Source: Vicugna vicugna (Eukaryota). Taken from it: a DNA stretch of 64,000 bases. The notes beneath the pieces were generated by a model that saw only the letters and a program-made list of their open reading frames with translations, was not told the DNA's origin and did no database searches. Shown here piece by piece: positions 11,885-23,815 of the stretch (its first letter is position 1; every line of letters begins with the position of its first letter). A program made the translations under genes and the position numbers. The stretch covers positions 3,035,319 through 3,099,318 of the forward strand of contig MU061579.1 of assembly GCA_013265495.1 (NCBI GenBank), in the 5' to 3' direction.

Positions 11885-14800
11885 ATCTCAAAAATTTTCT
11901 CTTATCTATCTTACATCTTATGTGTGTTTTGTACACCAACCCTTGGCAAAAGGCATAAGCTTCAGGACAAAAAAATTGAGATACAGATGTATTCACAATT
12001 TCCAGAAGATAGTTTCATCATAAATTAATGAGAATGAATAAATGAGAATGAATTTCCCATAGTGAAATTTCACAAATGACAAGTAGATTAATAGTATTAC
12101 TCCTTTTTTTAAAGAGTCTAATAGTACCTCTTCTTAGATCTCAATATTTTTCCATCATCTGAAATTAAGACAAAGGCAAACTGCTAAAAAATCTTTTAAA
12201 AATTCATTTCTTTTATTATTACAATTAGATCTTATTTGGGGCAATTTGGTCACAGTACTCCCTTGAAAAATGCATTCCTCATCGGTTGCTCATGCTTTTG
12301 TTCATATGTTTACTTTTATTTTACCAAAGCTGTTACTGTTGAAAACCTCAGTGAATATTTAAGAAAAAATAAATAAATGGGCAGATGCTAATTGTCACTT
12401 TTTTCTCTTTCCAGTTAAATCAAATGTTCTTAGAAATGTCTAGCTCATGTTCTCACTAAATGTTCCGTATCTTCTTCAAGCTAGCCCATATTGCCTAAGC
12501 CGTCCTATTTTATAACTATTTTAATTAAAAATGATTCTCTCTTTTAATCCATAGGTGACAACCGGATGCAAAATGATGGATTTCATAACTTTTGAAAGAT
12601 ATATAGCACCGTTCTTTTATGAACAAAGTGATAGATGATAACCTCAATTTAACATTTAACATTTTTCTCTTTCAGTTTAATGTACTTCCTTAAAGATAGG
12701 CAAGAAATTGGTTTCTTTATACTCAGTGATGCATATAGATACACATAGACAATAACTGCTAAATAATTATTATATTAAAAAATCCCTTATCACCTTGTCA
12801 CTCTTTAACTTTTTAATTTAAATTACCTTCAATGCTCAAAATAAACCTTGATTCATACTAAATCCAAAATTTAACTTATAATCTATACTGAACTGCTTTC
12901 AGGTAATGTGTGAGAGCATTGCTTTAGGGTATCAGATAACTGATACCATATGTACCAAATTTAAACAATCATGTAAATTACTTATTTCAAAGATGCTTTT
13001 GTCTTGCATTCGATGTTTCACTCACAAGCACTTTTGTCATTTTATCTAATTTCATTACTGGTCTCCTTCTCTTTGGTAACATGCCATAATCTTAGATAGC
13101 AACCAACAAAATAGTGGAGATGAGTGTACTTTGGGTGGAGTGTTTTGGTGTAAAACAGCCTTGCTTCAAGGAAACAAAATTTTTCTCATGAAAGATAAAT
13201 GATTTTGATTTATAACCAAATGCCTGTTCAATGATACCTTCAGTTAAACACTTTCTAGGTTCAATTTATTTTATCTGAACCATTTCCTCTCTGACAAACC
13301 CAGAGACCAAAGTACTTAAACCACCTAATCGTCTTGTCATGAGACATTTAAGGTAAGTTTCTCAGCCTACACTTCAAACTTACTTCCTATCTCTCTTCTT
13401 AAAAGAATGATAACCACAGTCTGCTGGTAGCATCTTGACATACTAACTCACATCACATTTCTGAATTATCTATCTTCATGTGGTAAAAGCTATTTTTAAT
13501 AAGAGATCCACCAATTTGAAACACATATGTTCTCAAAGCTGAAAACAAGCTTGTTTTATCTTTGCTTCAAGTCACACTCCAGACCCAGCTTGGAAAATTT
13601 CTGGTGTTCTAATGAGGACTTAAAATTTCAAGTTCTCCAATGCTGGTGCTGAAGAGTAAGCACCTTGACTACCCGATCAAAGCCTATTTAGATGATGCCC
13701 AAAAGCAACTTCCATTTCAGACTGAGACTGGGTTTCGAACTGCCCATTTTGAAGTGCTCTGATGGGTAAAGTGCCTCCAACAACCACATGATTCTCAGTA
13801 GTCACAGTTAGCTTTACAGTGTTAATACTTAACATTAATGATGTTTTTATATTTACTATTTTCATGAAGTAAACAATGAGCTTTCCAAAATTGTCTAATA
13901 TATTTATGAATTCTTTCTCTCATTCACACATCTAATCTTTCAAATAACATTTAGCATTTTTGTCCTAGGGACCAAAGCAGGTACTGAGAAGAAAGAGATA
14001 GTAAGAAATTAGGTACTAAGGCATATCTTCTGCTTTAACAAAAATAAGTTAACATGCACAAACCAGATATTTTTATACAACTTATTACATGTTCTTAGTC
14101 ATCATTGTTCAGAAATATGGAACAGAGGTGATCATATGCTCAGCTGCATTTTTGCCTAACATAGACCATTCTTCAGAAAAAAAAAATACATTGGTTTTCT
14201 AGAGATTGTTAGGTAAAATAGAAAAGGAAATTAAATAAATTACATTTCATTATGATATCAAAAGCTTAAAGACTACCCTTTAAAAATGAATGTAAATGAA
14301 ACATGTAAGTATTTTGTATTTGTTGAAAGCATCCAAATGTTATCTAAGAGATTATAAAACTTCACAGAAAAAAAACTTGCAAATCAAGGAACTTCTTAAT
14401 CATTACATCATTTGAACTAATTTAAGCTGTTACATCTATGAGAATAATAAAGTATGGCGCTAAGGGAAAAAAGTTTGAAGAGTAGCTAGGAAAAGGGTTT
14501 TACTAATTTCAAACCATTTTTAAAAGATTTTAGTAATATTTCTATAATTTAAATTTTAAATTGTTATGTGATATGTAATACATAGCAAAATAAGTTGAAT
14601 TAATAATGCATTTTAAACCATATGGTTTAATCTATTACTAAGTATTTTGCATTGATTTGCATATATTCTGTTAAGTGAGATCCAACCCAAAGTATATAAA
14701 ATAGCCTTTAGATGTCATTTCCATGTGTTAAGTATATGTAATCACTGATACATAATATGTATTTAAAAAAGTATTTGTGAGGAACAGAGAGCTAAGTAAA

Positions 14801-16181
14801 CACTAGCAAAATAAACAGAATACACTAAACCTTCTAAATGTATTTTTACCATCTCTACTTATAAAAAAAATAGAAAATTTTGAAAATCTTAATAGTGTCA
14901 ATTAAAAGAATAAACGTTCACCACATTACATTTTCAAAAGTAGTGAGGAAATGCTGGATTAAGCCTTGGGGAACAAAATATATTACAGGCATGAAAAGTG
15001 TTTCATTTCTGATGCTGTTTTCAAATGACAGCATAATATGTTATGGATCATTTGATTTTTTTGTATGAAAATGCTATTCAGCACCCAAAAAGGCATATGC
15101 TGCTAACGGCATGTGTTGCAGTCCTTTTTATGACAGCTGGCAACAAGAAAATGCCAGTCAAAACACAAAATGTCAAGCAGAAATTTTCCCAATAAAAGTA
15201 GCAGTTTGTGAAAATCACTCCTAAATAAGCTTCATTAAATGGCTTTCATTAATTCCAAACAGCATTAATCAAAAGTAGTTTTAAATAATTGGAAAATTAT
15301 AACCTAGAAAGGCAGGAGCTCAGAAAAAACTAACCACAGTTTCTCGTTATTTCTTATGAGACTAGGTTTGCTCCTTCTCATCAACTCCCAGAAGCTGATG
15401 TAAAAAAGCCCTATTTAAATATGCAAAATTGTGAGAATTCAACCCAGTGAAACCTCTTCAGCAAACACAGATTAGCAATGATAACAATTCTACATCGTGT
15501 TTAATTTCTTTTACATTGTCAAAAATATGTGGCTTTAAGCTTATTTTGTCAGTCATGTAGATATTTTTAAAGTAAATGTTTTTTTACTTATTTATCTTTG
15601 CTGAATTGTCTGGCCTTATTAAGCCAAGTTTCTTTTTTTACTTCACAAACTGGTCCATGTTAATTTATGAAGATTAATGGCTTCTTTGGAGTTTTACAGT
15701 TTATTAGAGCCATGGCAGCAAAGAATTCCACCTGGAAAGTGAGATTATTGCTACTTTTTACTTCTACCTCAGCACATTTTTTTTTTCTTAACTCATTTAA
15801 TTAAAAAGAACAGGGGAATTTAAAAAGAAAACACTAAAATGAGCCAAGAAATAATAATACAACATTAGCTCACCAAGAAAGCATATTTCCTAGTTATCAT
15901 TATTTTCTACAGTGAGGGAAAAATATTCCTTTAAAGGTTTTGAGCCCTTTTGCAAAGAAAGCTAATTGCAGCTTGTGGGATACCTTATTCTGGTGGCCCT
16001 GAGCTTATTACAGAATTAGTTCAATATAGATTTATTCTCCCCATGTCTCTCTCTACTTATGTGTGTGCTTTGGCTTTTATAGGCAAATAATTTTATATAT
16101 AAATAAATTTTATTTCTACATTATATATTTTTATATAATGTCATTTATATGCTAAAATTAGCATATAATATATAATCCATA

Positions 16182-16677
16182 TGTTAGGTATTTAGATAAG
16201 TGGGGGCACCAGGCAGATAGGTGGAAGAGAGGGAGGATGGTCTGGAAGATGGTGCTATGCCCACCTCCAGCATAAAAGGGCTTCACTTCCTCTAAATGAG
16301 TGCCAGAGAGAAGCAGGTCAGAACCGGACAGCCACAACTGCATGATAGTGAGAAGGACCTAACGGGACATGACCCAGTGCTCATGGTAATGCAATTCACA
16401 TTGCGGTTTAGGCCCTCCCGTGGGTTTTTCTGCGTATATCATGGGTAAGGACAAGCGCAAAGGGGACACACACGACTAAGCATTTCAGGGGCAGGCGCTG
16501 TCAGTCAATCAAGAGACCACCTCAAAGCAATAGTATAAGAGAAGGGGCAAACAAAGACCACAGATAAATAAATCCTTTACAATCTTTCTCTACACAACAT
16601 ACCATCTCCCATCTGTAAACTTATCTTTCAAGTAGGACAAGAACTGAGATCTGTTCCTTTTCCCTTTTGGGATAACA
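16182..16677 (+). mobile_element. ERV solo LTR (probably ERV1 class; family not recognised)
   Basis: Inverted termini TGTTA...TAACA; GC-richer island within a TA-rich tract; TATAA then AATAAA; 4-bp flanks CATA/CTTA (3/4 match); end motif AGGACAAGAAC. Confidence 0.75.
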
Positions 16678-16959
16678 CTTATAATACTATTATATTTATA
16701 TTGTAAATATCATTTATATATATTTATTGGTATATTATTTTATATGTAAATATATCTTATTTATATACATATATAAATCATTTGGAGGAAATATCGGATG
16801 TGGTAAAGTCTAAGATAGGCAGCATCAGCTTGGTTTTCTTAAGATGTACTTATGATTTAGTATGCAGTCTATAAAACAGAAATCATAATATTTAGACATA
16901 AAAAGACCCTTGTGAAAAATGAAAAAGCAATGAAAAATGACATTGAATCAAAATGTGCT

Positions 16960-17274
16960 GACAGCTTTGGATGTTAATATTTGACCATGCTGGTGTTACT
17001 TTGTCGAAACATGGCAGCCTTCACACTGTTCTAGTTTTCTCTGGCGAGGTAGCTCCCAGGGAAGCACATGTGTCCTCTGGGGGCCTCACTTCTGGATGGG
17101 CGTGCAATTCCTTCTGCCATATTTTATCAGCCAAAGCAACTTACAAAGCCAGTCCAGATTCAAAAGATGGGAAAATAGACTTAGCCTTTTAAAATAAGGA
17201 AAACATATTGTCAGAATGTAAAGGATGAAGGGCCAGGAGGAGTGAAGAATTGCAGCCGTATTTGCAATCTACCA
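16960..17274 (-). mobile_element. Old MLT1 (H/I/J-type) LTR fragment
   Basis: TTCTGCCATATTTTATCAGCCAAAGCAACTTACAAAGCCAGTCCAGATTCAAAAGATGGGAAAATAGAC...TTTGCAATCTACCA. Confidence 0.6.
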
Positions 17275-17949
17275 GAGAAGATGAATTCTCCCTGCTCCTG
17301 CCTTTCATAAAATACTCAAGGAATATTCTCCAAAGCCCAAGCTGTGTGAAAAAGGGTCAGAGAACTGTATGAAACGTTTATTTTTATAGGAAAAGAGACT
17401 TCTGAAATTAGTCCTATCAATTTTTCTAACAGGGAAATTTAAAAAATGCGAAACACTTCTGAAATATAGGGTTTTTTTTTTCCTGGCTATATAGCAGTTA
17501 TGAATATTTCATAGATTAATTGAAGTGATTTGTCATATTATAAAAGTAAATGTCATGAAATGTAGAATAAAATATGTTATTGTGAATGTATGACAAAGAT
17601 AATAAATAAATATGCAACCAATATTTATATGAAACATCAGTTCTAAATGCTTATTTTATTTTAGTGGAGGGCAATAAAATGCATAACGAAGTGAGCATTA
17701 TTTTATTTATTGAAATAGCATCATAAATGTACATGACATTACAATGATCAGTGTTAGACAAATAGCAATTTCTGTTTGGAGAAATTATGAATATATATAA
17801 ATATCCCTGATGGAGAAGAAGAAAACACATGTTTTGATGGAGGCATATGAACTTGAATTCTTACAAGATTTTTAAAGTGGACATAGTTGGAAATATCAAT
17901 AGCAGTGAATATACCGTGCATTGTTTTAAATAGGAAACTCACATGTTGA

Positions 17950-19270
17950 TATAGTTTCCAATTTTATTATGAAAAATATCAATTCTACAGAAAATGAGAA
18001 GGTAGAGGGTAATTTCTATATACCATATGATTCACGTGAGTCATTTATCATTAACATCTGCCACACTGTGTTACCTCTTCCATCCTTCTCTCCCTCCTCT
18101 CTTTCCCTCTCCTTCCTCTCTCCCTGATTTTTTTCAATCCAAACTTTTGAAAACCTTTAGCACCTAATTCCTATGAATAAGGACAATCAGCTACATGATT
18201 ACAATAGCATTATACACATAAGGAAGTTATTAATATTGATATCATGATGTTGTCTAACTGAAAATGTTTCAAAATTTCCCAATTATCCCCAAAGTATCCC
18301 TTATCCATTTTTCTCCCAACCCAACCCAGGATCCTGATCATTTTTAATATTATAAGCCAGTTATTTTGAAGAATGGCATTCAGCTAGAGTCTGTCGGGCA
18401 TACTTCCTCATAATGAAATGGAAGGAAAAGGGGGCAGGCCACAACCATTGAAGGAATGACACAGCAATCGAGGACAGGACAAACTGATTAGAACCAAGAT
18501 GGCAGAAAATTTGACTTCCAGTGGACCTTGAGCCTCATGGCACACCCACAGGCGCCATGACAATTCCTAAGCTGACCATAAAAGGTCATAAAGTGGGTGG
18601 GGAGGGCATTTCCTGGAAATCCTTGCCGCTTCCTCAAAGTAGTTGGAATAATCCACCTACTCATTAGCATGTGAGATTACCGAGCCCATAAAACCTAACA
18701 ACTCCGCACCTCATGGCCACTGTCGCTTGCTCTGTCGCTGTCACCTTCTGAGACAGCCTGCACTCCGTCTATGGAGTGTGTATCTACTTTAAACACCCCA
18801 CACCTCTCAGCTTCTCTCCCTCTCACCTTTCTGAGATGGCCCACATTCTGCCAATGGAGTGTGTATCTCCTAAGCCACTTTCCCTTCTGAGAGAGACAGA
18901 CTGCACTCTGTCCATAGAATGTGTGTCTCTCTAAACAAACTTACTTTTACTTGACCATGCCTTGCTCTTGGATTCTTTCCTGGGCGAGGCAAGAACCTAT
19001 TCTCCCCCAACAAGACTAGCAAAATGTGTCAGAGAAAAGGTGCTGTGTTCTTCTCCTTGCATTAGAACAACTAGCTGACAATTTTAATTTATCCTAGTAC
19101 TTACGCTTTTAACTTAGATCCCTTGATTTAGGTGGGGTCTTCCAGAAGGATTATCTATTGCAAAGCTACCCTTTAATTGCTTTGCAATTAAAAAAGTAAT
19201 CCATATAATGTACTTTGAGACTCCAGGCCGGAGCTCCTCACCAATCCTCTCCCCTTCATCCAATGCTTTT
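17950..19270 (-). mobile_element. Ancient L1MC/L1ME-type 3' end, interrupted by the LTR at 18414-19012
   Basis: TTTTATTATGAAAAATATCAA, CAGTTATTTTGAAGAATG...TTCCTCAT before the LTR, and GTGCTGTGTTCTTCTC...TGCAT resuming after it. Confidence 0.55.
18414..19012 (+). mobile_element. MER41-like ERV1 solo LTR
   Basis: TG...AACA termini; AACCAAGATGGC, GACTTCCAGTGGACCT, CCCACAGGCGCCATGACA, GAATAATCCACC...TTAGCAT and CTTGGATTCTTTCCTGGGCGAGGCAAGAACC motifs; clearly homologous to 49874-50426. Confidence 0.85.
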
Positions 19271-21893
19271 CACACCCTTGAACTCCAGAACTCTAGCCTA
19301 CATTCCCTAGCCTGTAGTCACCACCTCCCATCACACCCTCATCTGTCTGAGCCCTGCTTTTAGGTTGTTTGTTTGTTTGTTTGTTTGTTTAAGGCTACCC
19401 CCATATTAATTCTTAGATGTTTCTCTTAAGTTTAGCTACTCTCCTAAGGTTTATGTTGATATTTGCTTTGTGAGTGTTCAAGTCCCTTCACTTTCCGGAG
19501 TACAAAATGCAATAGAGCATAGTAATTGACAAGAATTTGACCAAAACTGAGTAACTAGGAAGGAGAAATAAATAGCCCAGTCATTATTAATTGTGTGCAT
19601 TATTTGTGTCAGATCCTGATTAAAGGTATATCAAAAATTAAAAGACATGGATTTTCTCCTTAAGGTGTACAAAATCAAAAGTAGGTTACATAGACACTAA
19701 TAAAGTGAATTGAATGTGGTCAATGGAAAAGTGTTGCTATGTAGAGGGTATCATGAGAGATAAAAGAGAATTTAGCCCAAATTTGAGTCCAAAGTCGGCT
19801 TCCAGCTGAAATATTTGGTATTTGCCTTGAATTTCTAATATTTCAGAATCCACTGCTGGCATTTGTATTCCATTTAGACTTAGGTGTCAACGTCATTATT
19901 CATTTCCATGTAACCCATATTTTATGACTGAAGCTTAGTCCCTTTATTCAGTGCTAAGATGTAACGCCTTCTTTGGTTCAGGGTGCTGAGATGTCAGCAG
20001 TTAGAGGGTATTTACCACACATTTAATGTACAGTCAGCAATGTAAAACAATAAAGAGCACATTTATTAAACAAAATAGAACATTTTTTAAATGATTATGA
20101 ATCATGTGTTTTTGTTTGGTCCATACCGGTTGTGGTAAAAGTTATTGTATTTTGTGGGAAAAAACTCACAATAGACCAAACTTTGTCAATTATCTCTACT
20201 CATAGGATGTAAACTTATTACAGAATATGTAATATTTAAATGGAGTGAGTTTTGAACTTGCTGAGCCTAAACTAGGCACAACAGAAAATGTAGATTTTTG
20301 CCTACACAAAGTATATTCTGTGAACTATTTTCTCAGATTTTGATGCTGTCCTGGGTTTCAAGGGATCAAAGATGGTCTGCAACACTTAAATTTCCCATGT
20401 TCACAATCTAATTTTTCAGCTAGCCATGGAGGATTTATAACCCAATCCATCAGAAAACTCTCCAACTTCCACAAAAAATACCCTCTTGCCTAAAGTAGTG
20501 TCAACTGATCACAGGTGAGACCCATAATCCTGTTCTTTTGTTGACCATATCTTTACCATCAAATGTATGTACTTGTCATTTGCCTTCTTGTACTAAAGTC
20601 TGTTTTTCCAGACGAAATCTAAGGTAATCACTGCAACTTTATCATCACAGACTGTGAATGTTGCAGTTACCTAAATAGAAAGAAATATCATGTCATCCTT
20701 GTCATTTTGAAAGTAGTTTCTTGATAATATCAAGTGTGTTTACCTACACTTCAACTTTTGTAGTGTTGCCATAGAATAAGATAGACTATCCATTTTTAAA
20801 TAATTGAAACACTTTAAGAAATTAGGATCAGAAAATTAGCAATCCTCTGGAGATGAAGGAAAGGAAAGCACCGCTGCTAGTTTTCCAGCTGGATTAGCTG
20901 CATCTGTTGAAGTTGACGGAAGACCTAGAGAAGAATTTCTTGTTTATAGATATGCAATAGTCTCCTTAAATCTGCTCTGATGGTGTAAGTAGACAAGACT
21001 TCCAAAAGAATTGCTTTTTCTTCACTTTTGAGCAGTTTTCAACTTCTAATGATATACTGATCAGTTTTGAGAATAAATTAACATTTATTTTTTATGATAA
21101 GTAAATAATACATTGGCCTACAGCGTATCTGTGTTTGAACCAGATGCAGTCATTCTATTCCACAAATTTTAACACCAATTATTACAATATAATTTAAAAT
21201 AAACCTGAAAGCAGTACCTTTTGTATTTAGTCCTTTATAAAAAAATTTCCTTAAGTATTAAACATTAAAGATAACTATACAGATGAAGTTGAATGTAACA
21301 CTTAAAAATTGAATATATTCAACTGAATTCTAAAAAGAGACAAATCAAGTATTCTCAATTATATAATATTTGGTCTTCCAAAGAAAACTTTCCCAGAGTA
21401 ATTAGGCTGAATTAACTTTCACTTTGAATTTTCTTAAACTCAAGATGTACATGCCTTTTTTCCTTATGCTGTGTAAGCAAGTGCCAATTTTTGATCAACA
21501 AATCAACAACGGATCTGATCACCTACCAGCTTGAGCAGTGACCTGCAGAGCAAAAGCAAATGTACACTATTCCCAATTATAGCATCCATTTTTAACCTCG
21601 GTTTACTGACACTATTCAGGGAATTTATTTTACTCTTTTATCATTCCTGAAATTTCTAAAAGGTCATATTCATCACATAAAATGACCCTGAGCAGAATTT
21701 TACACTTATGAATGTAAAAATCATAAACGTAAGATTTATTCAGCCATAAAAATTATAGCTACATAGAAGCTTTGCTCATACAAGTCTTAATTGCCTGAAA
21801 TGAGGCTTGAGAAATCCACTTTGGGATCATATTTTAATAGGGAGCATCATTTGACCTATGACTATGCCAAAAACAAAACAGAACAGAACACAT

Positions 21894-22418
21894 TGTACCA
21901 GATAGAGTTAAAGATTCAAGGAAGACTTTATACAAGACTATTGCAACAGTGGTCAATGCTCTTGCAATTTGGTAGAGAAATTAAATTCAACTCTGATGAA
22001 ACAAAGGCAGGAGAGATTCTAAGCACTGAGGTGACCTCGTGGAAAAGTACTGGAGGACATTCATGGGGAGACTGGTCAATATGATTAGGCCATCTGTGTT
22101 TGCTAATTGGTTCTTGTGAGAGTTAGGCTCCTACCCTCCCACAGAGACTGGGAGAACAAAGGCATATCTTCCTAACTTCCTTAATGATTATTTTTCAAAA
22201 GGATCCTTCCCTGATCCTTGAGAATGACCTTCATGGGTTGTGAAACTGGGCAGAGGCTTTTCCAAAAGATTTACATCTCAAAGGTGCAAAGAAAAATTTT
22301 ACAGTTGTACACTGTTCGAAGTAAATTCTCCGAGAAAAAGGTCAGGGGTCTATAGTCAGAAAGAAACCCGTCTGACGTTTGCTCAAGCTGAATGAAGCAA
22401 TTAGATCATCTTGGTTAA
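21894..22418 (-). mobile_element. MER31/MER67-like ERV1 solo LTR
   Basis: GTGTTTGCTAATTGG, GTTAGGCTCCTACCCTCCCACAGAGACTGGGAGA, AGATTTACATCTCAAAGG, GGTCAGGGGTCTATAGTCAGAAAGAAACC...CAAGCTGA. Confidence 0.8.
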
Positions 22419-22577
22419 CTGACGATTATCACGCACTGGTTACCAAAAAATGACACCACCTGGCAATGATTTATTTTATGACATAATGTTCAGTCCATAT
22501 TCAAACTGAACAACTCCTGTTAAGTTGCCATATTTTTTTTTATCTCCAGGGGTAGTTTCTATTTCAAGAGGCATAAC

Positions 22578-23035
22578 TATTGGGAGACAAGGTGGGCCAG
22601 CGTCATGGTTGGTAAAATAATTTACTAAATACAAAGAAAAGTTTAAAAGACAAAGAGAAAACGGTAGCAGATACACTGCTACAGACAACAGCCCGCACAG
22701 AGGAGAGGTGCCTGCGTGAGCCCTGAGGGGTGGTTGTTGGGGTCTTTTATAAGGTGGGATCACAAGGTGCCTGATTGGCTTGTGCCCAAGTCTCTGATTA
22801 GGTAAGTGAGACAAGCTTAGGACCTGTGAAGAGTTAATGGGATTTATGACTCTGATAAGGTGGGCTGAAACAATCCAGTCTGAGCTATTGTGAGATTAGG
22901 CATTACCTAGGGCTATCAATTTGTTAGGGCAAACATGCCCACTGAAGAATGTACTTTTTCTTTTGAGGATTGCAAGCAGATATCGGAGAGGGGGGGGGGG
23001 TCATTGGATTTTAAAGAATGCCAGTTGGCCCCACA
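22578..23035 (-). mobile_element. ERV solo LTR, ERV2/betaretrovirus-like terminus
   Basis: The minus strand begins TGTGGGG and carries CCAAT followed by TATAAAA; flanks ATAAC (22573-77) and ATGAC (23036-40) resemble a TSD. Confidence 0.7.
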
Positions 23036-23599
23036 ATGACTGTAAGAACAAACAACAAAAAGGTAGTCAATGCACAAAACTTAACCTCTGCCCTTTACTT
23101 TCTTTGATCAAGCTGTGATTTTTCAAATCCATCTCAAGAAAATATAACTCAGCAACTTTAAGTTCTATAGTTGATTCCTAGAGGAAATGTCAAAAGAAAT
23201 CCCAGGAATAAGAAATAGCAAATTATAGATCAGATTTGCTTCTTTCCATGCTATCAACTGTGAAGGTCTGCTGCATTGTTTTCAGGAAAGCATTTTGGCA
23301 CATTTAGAATTTAGGTGTTCATTAATGTGGTTGATTAGGTTTTGTGATTCGGAAGCACTTTTAAGGAAATATTAAGAGGAACCTTGATTTATTGTGCAGT
23401 TTACTACTGCTGGGTTTCAGCAGATATGCTCTCTCCTGTGAAGTATATTTTAGAAAAAGTGAGTGTATCAATATTTTCTTTGTTTTGTAAGTTCATCCAA
23501 TGACAATAAAACAAAAGACTCATAGGTTAAAACTTTTGCCAAGATAATTTCCGTGTTTGTGTTTTGTAAAGAGTCTCTAATATTTTCATTAAAACTTAG

Positions 23600-23815
23600 T
23601 GTGTTCTCACTCTATGCAAAGAAATTAACATACGTTATTTCATTTAATTATAATAATGGTCCTGTGAGGTTAAATATTTTTTATGATGCCTATTTTCAAA
23701 TAAAAACATAGTTTTTACCTGTGTTAAGGAACTCATCCAAGGTTACTCAGCTATTAGATGATGGAGACAGCATTTCATGCAGGGATGTAAGATTTCAGAA
23801 TCCAGGCACTTAACT
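23600..23815 (-). mobile_element. MIR SINE
   Basis: CCTGTGAGGT...CCTATTTT...GTTAAGGAACTCATCCAAGGTTACTCAGCTA...CAGAATCCAGGCACTTAAC. Confidence 0.7.

Noticed and set aside
20836..20924. Possible minus-strand terminal exon (acceptor TTCTTCTCTAG; would encode LPSTSTDAANPAGKLAAVLSFPSSPEDC*)
   Set aside because: The peptide is unrecognised, the pyrimidine tract is short and no partner exons are evident. It cannot be supported without RNA-seq or homology.
21134..21148. TTTGAACCAGATGCA shared with the region near 919-933
   Set aside because: A single 15-mer match is expected by chance in 64 kb of AT-rich DNA.
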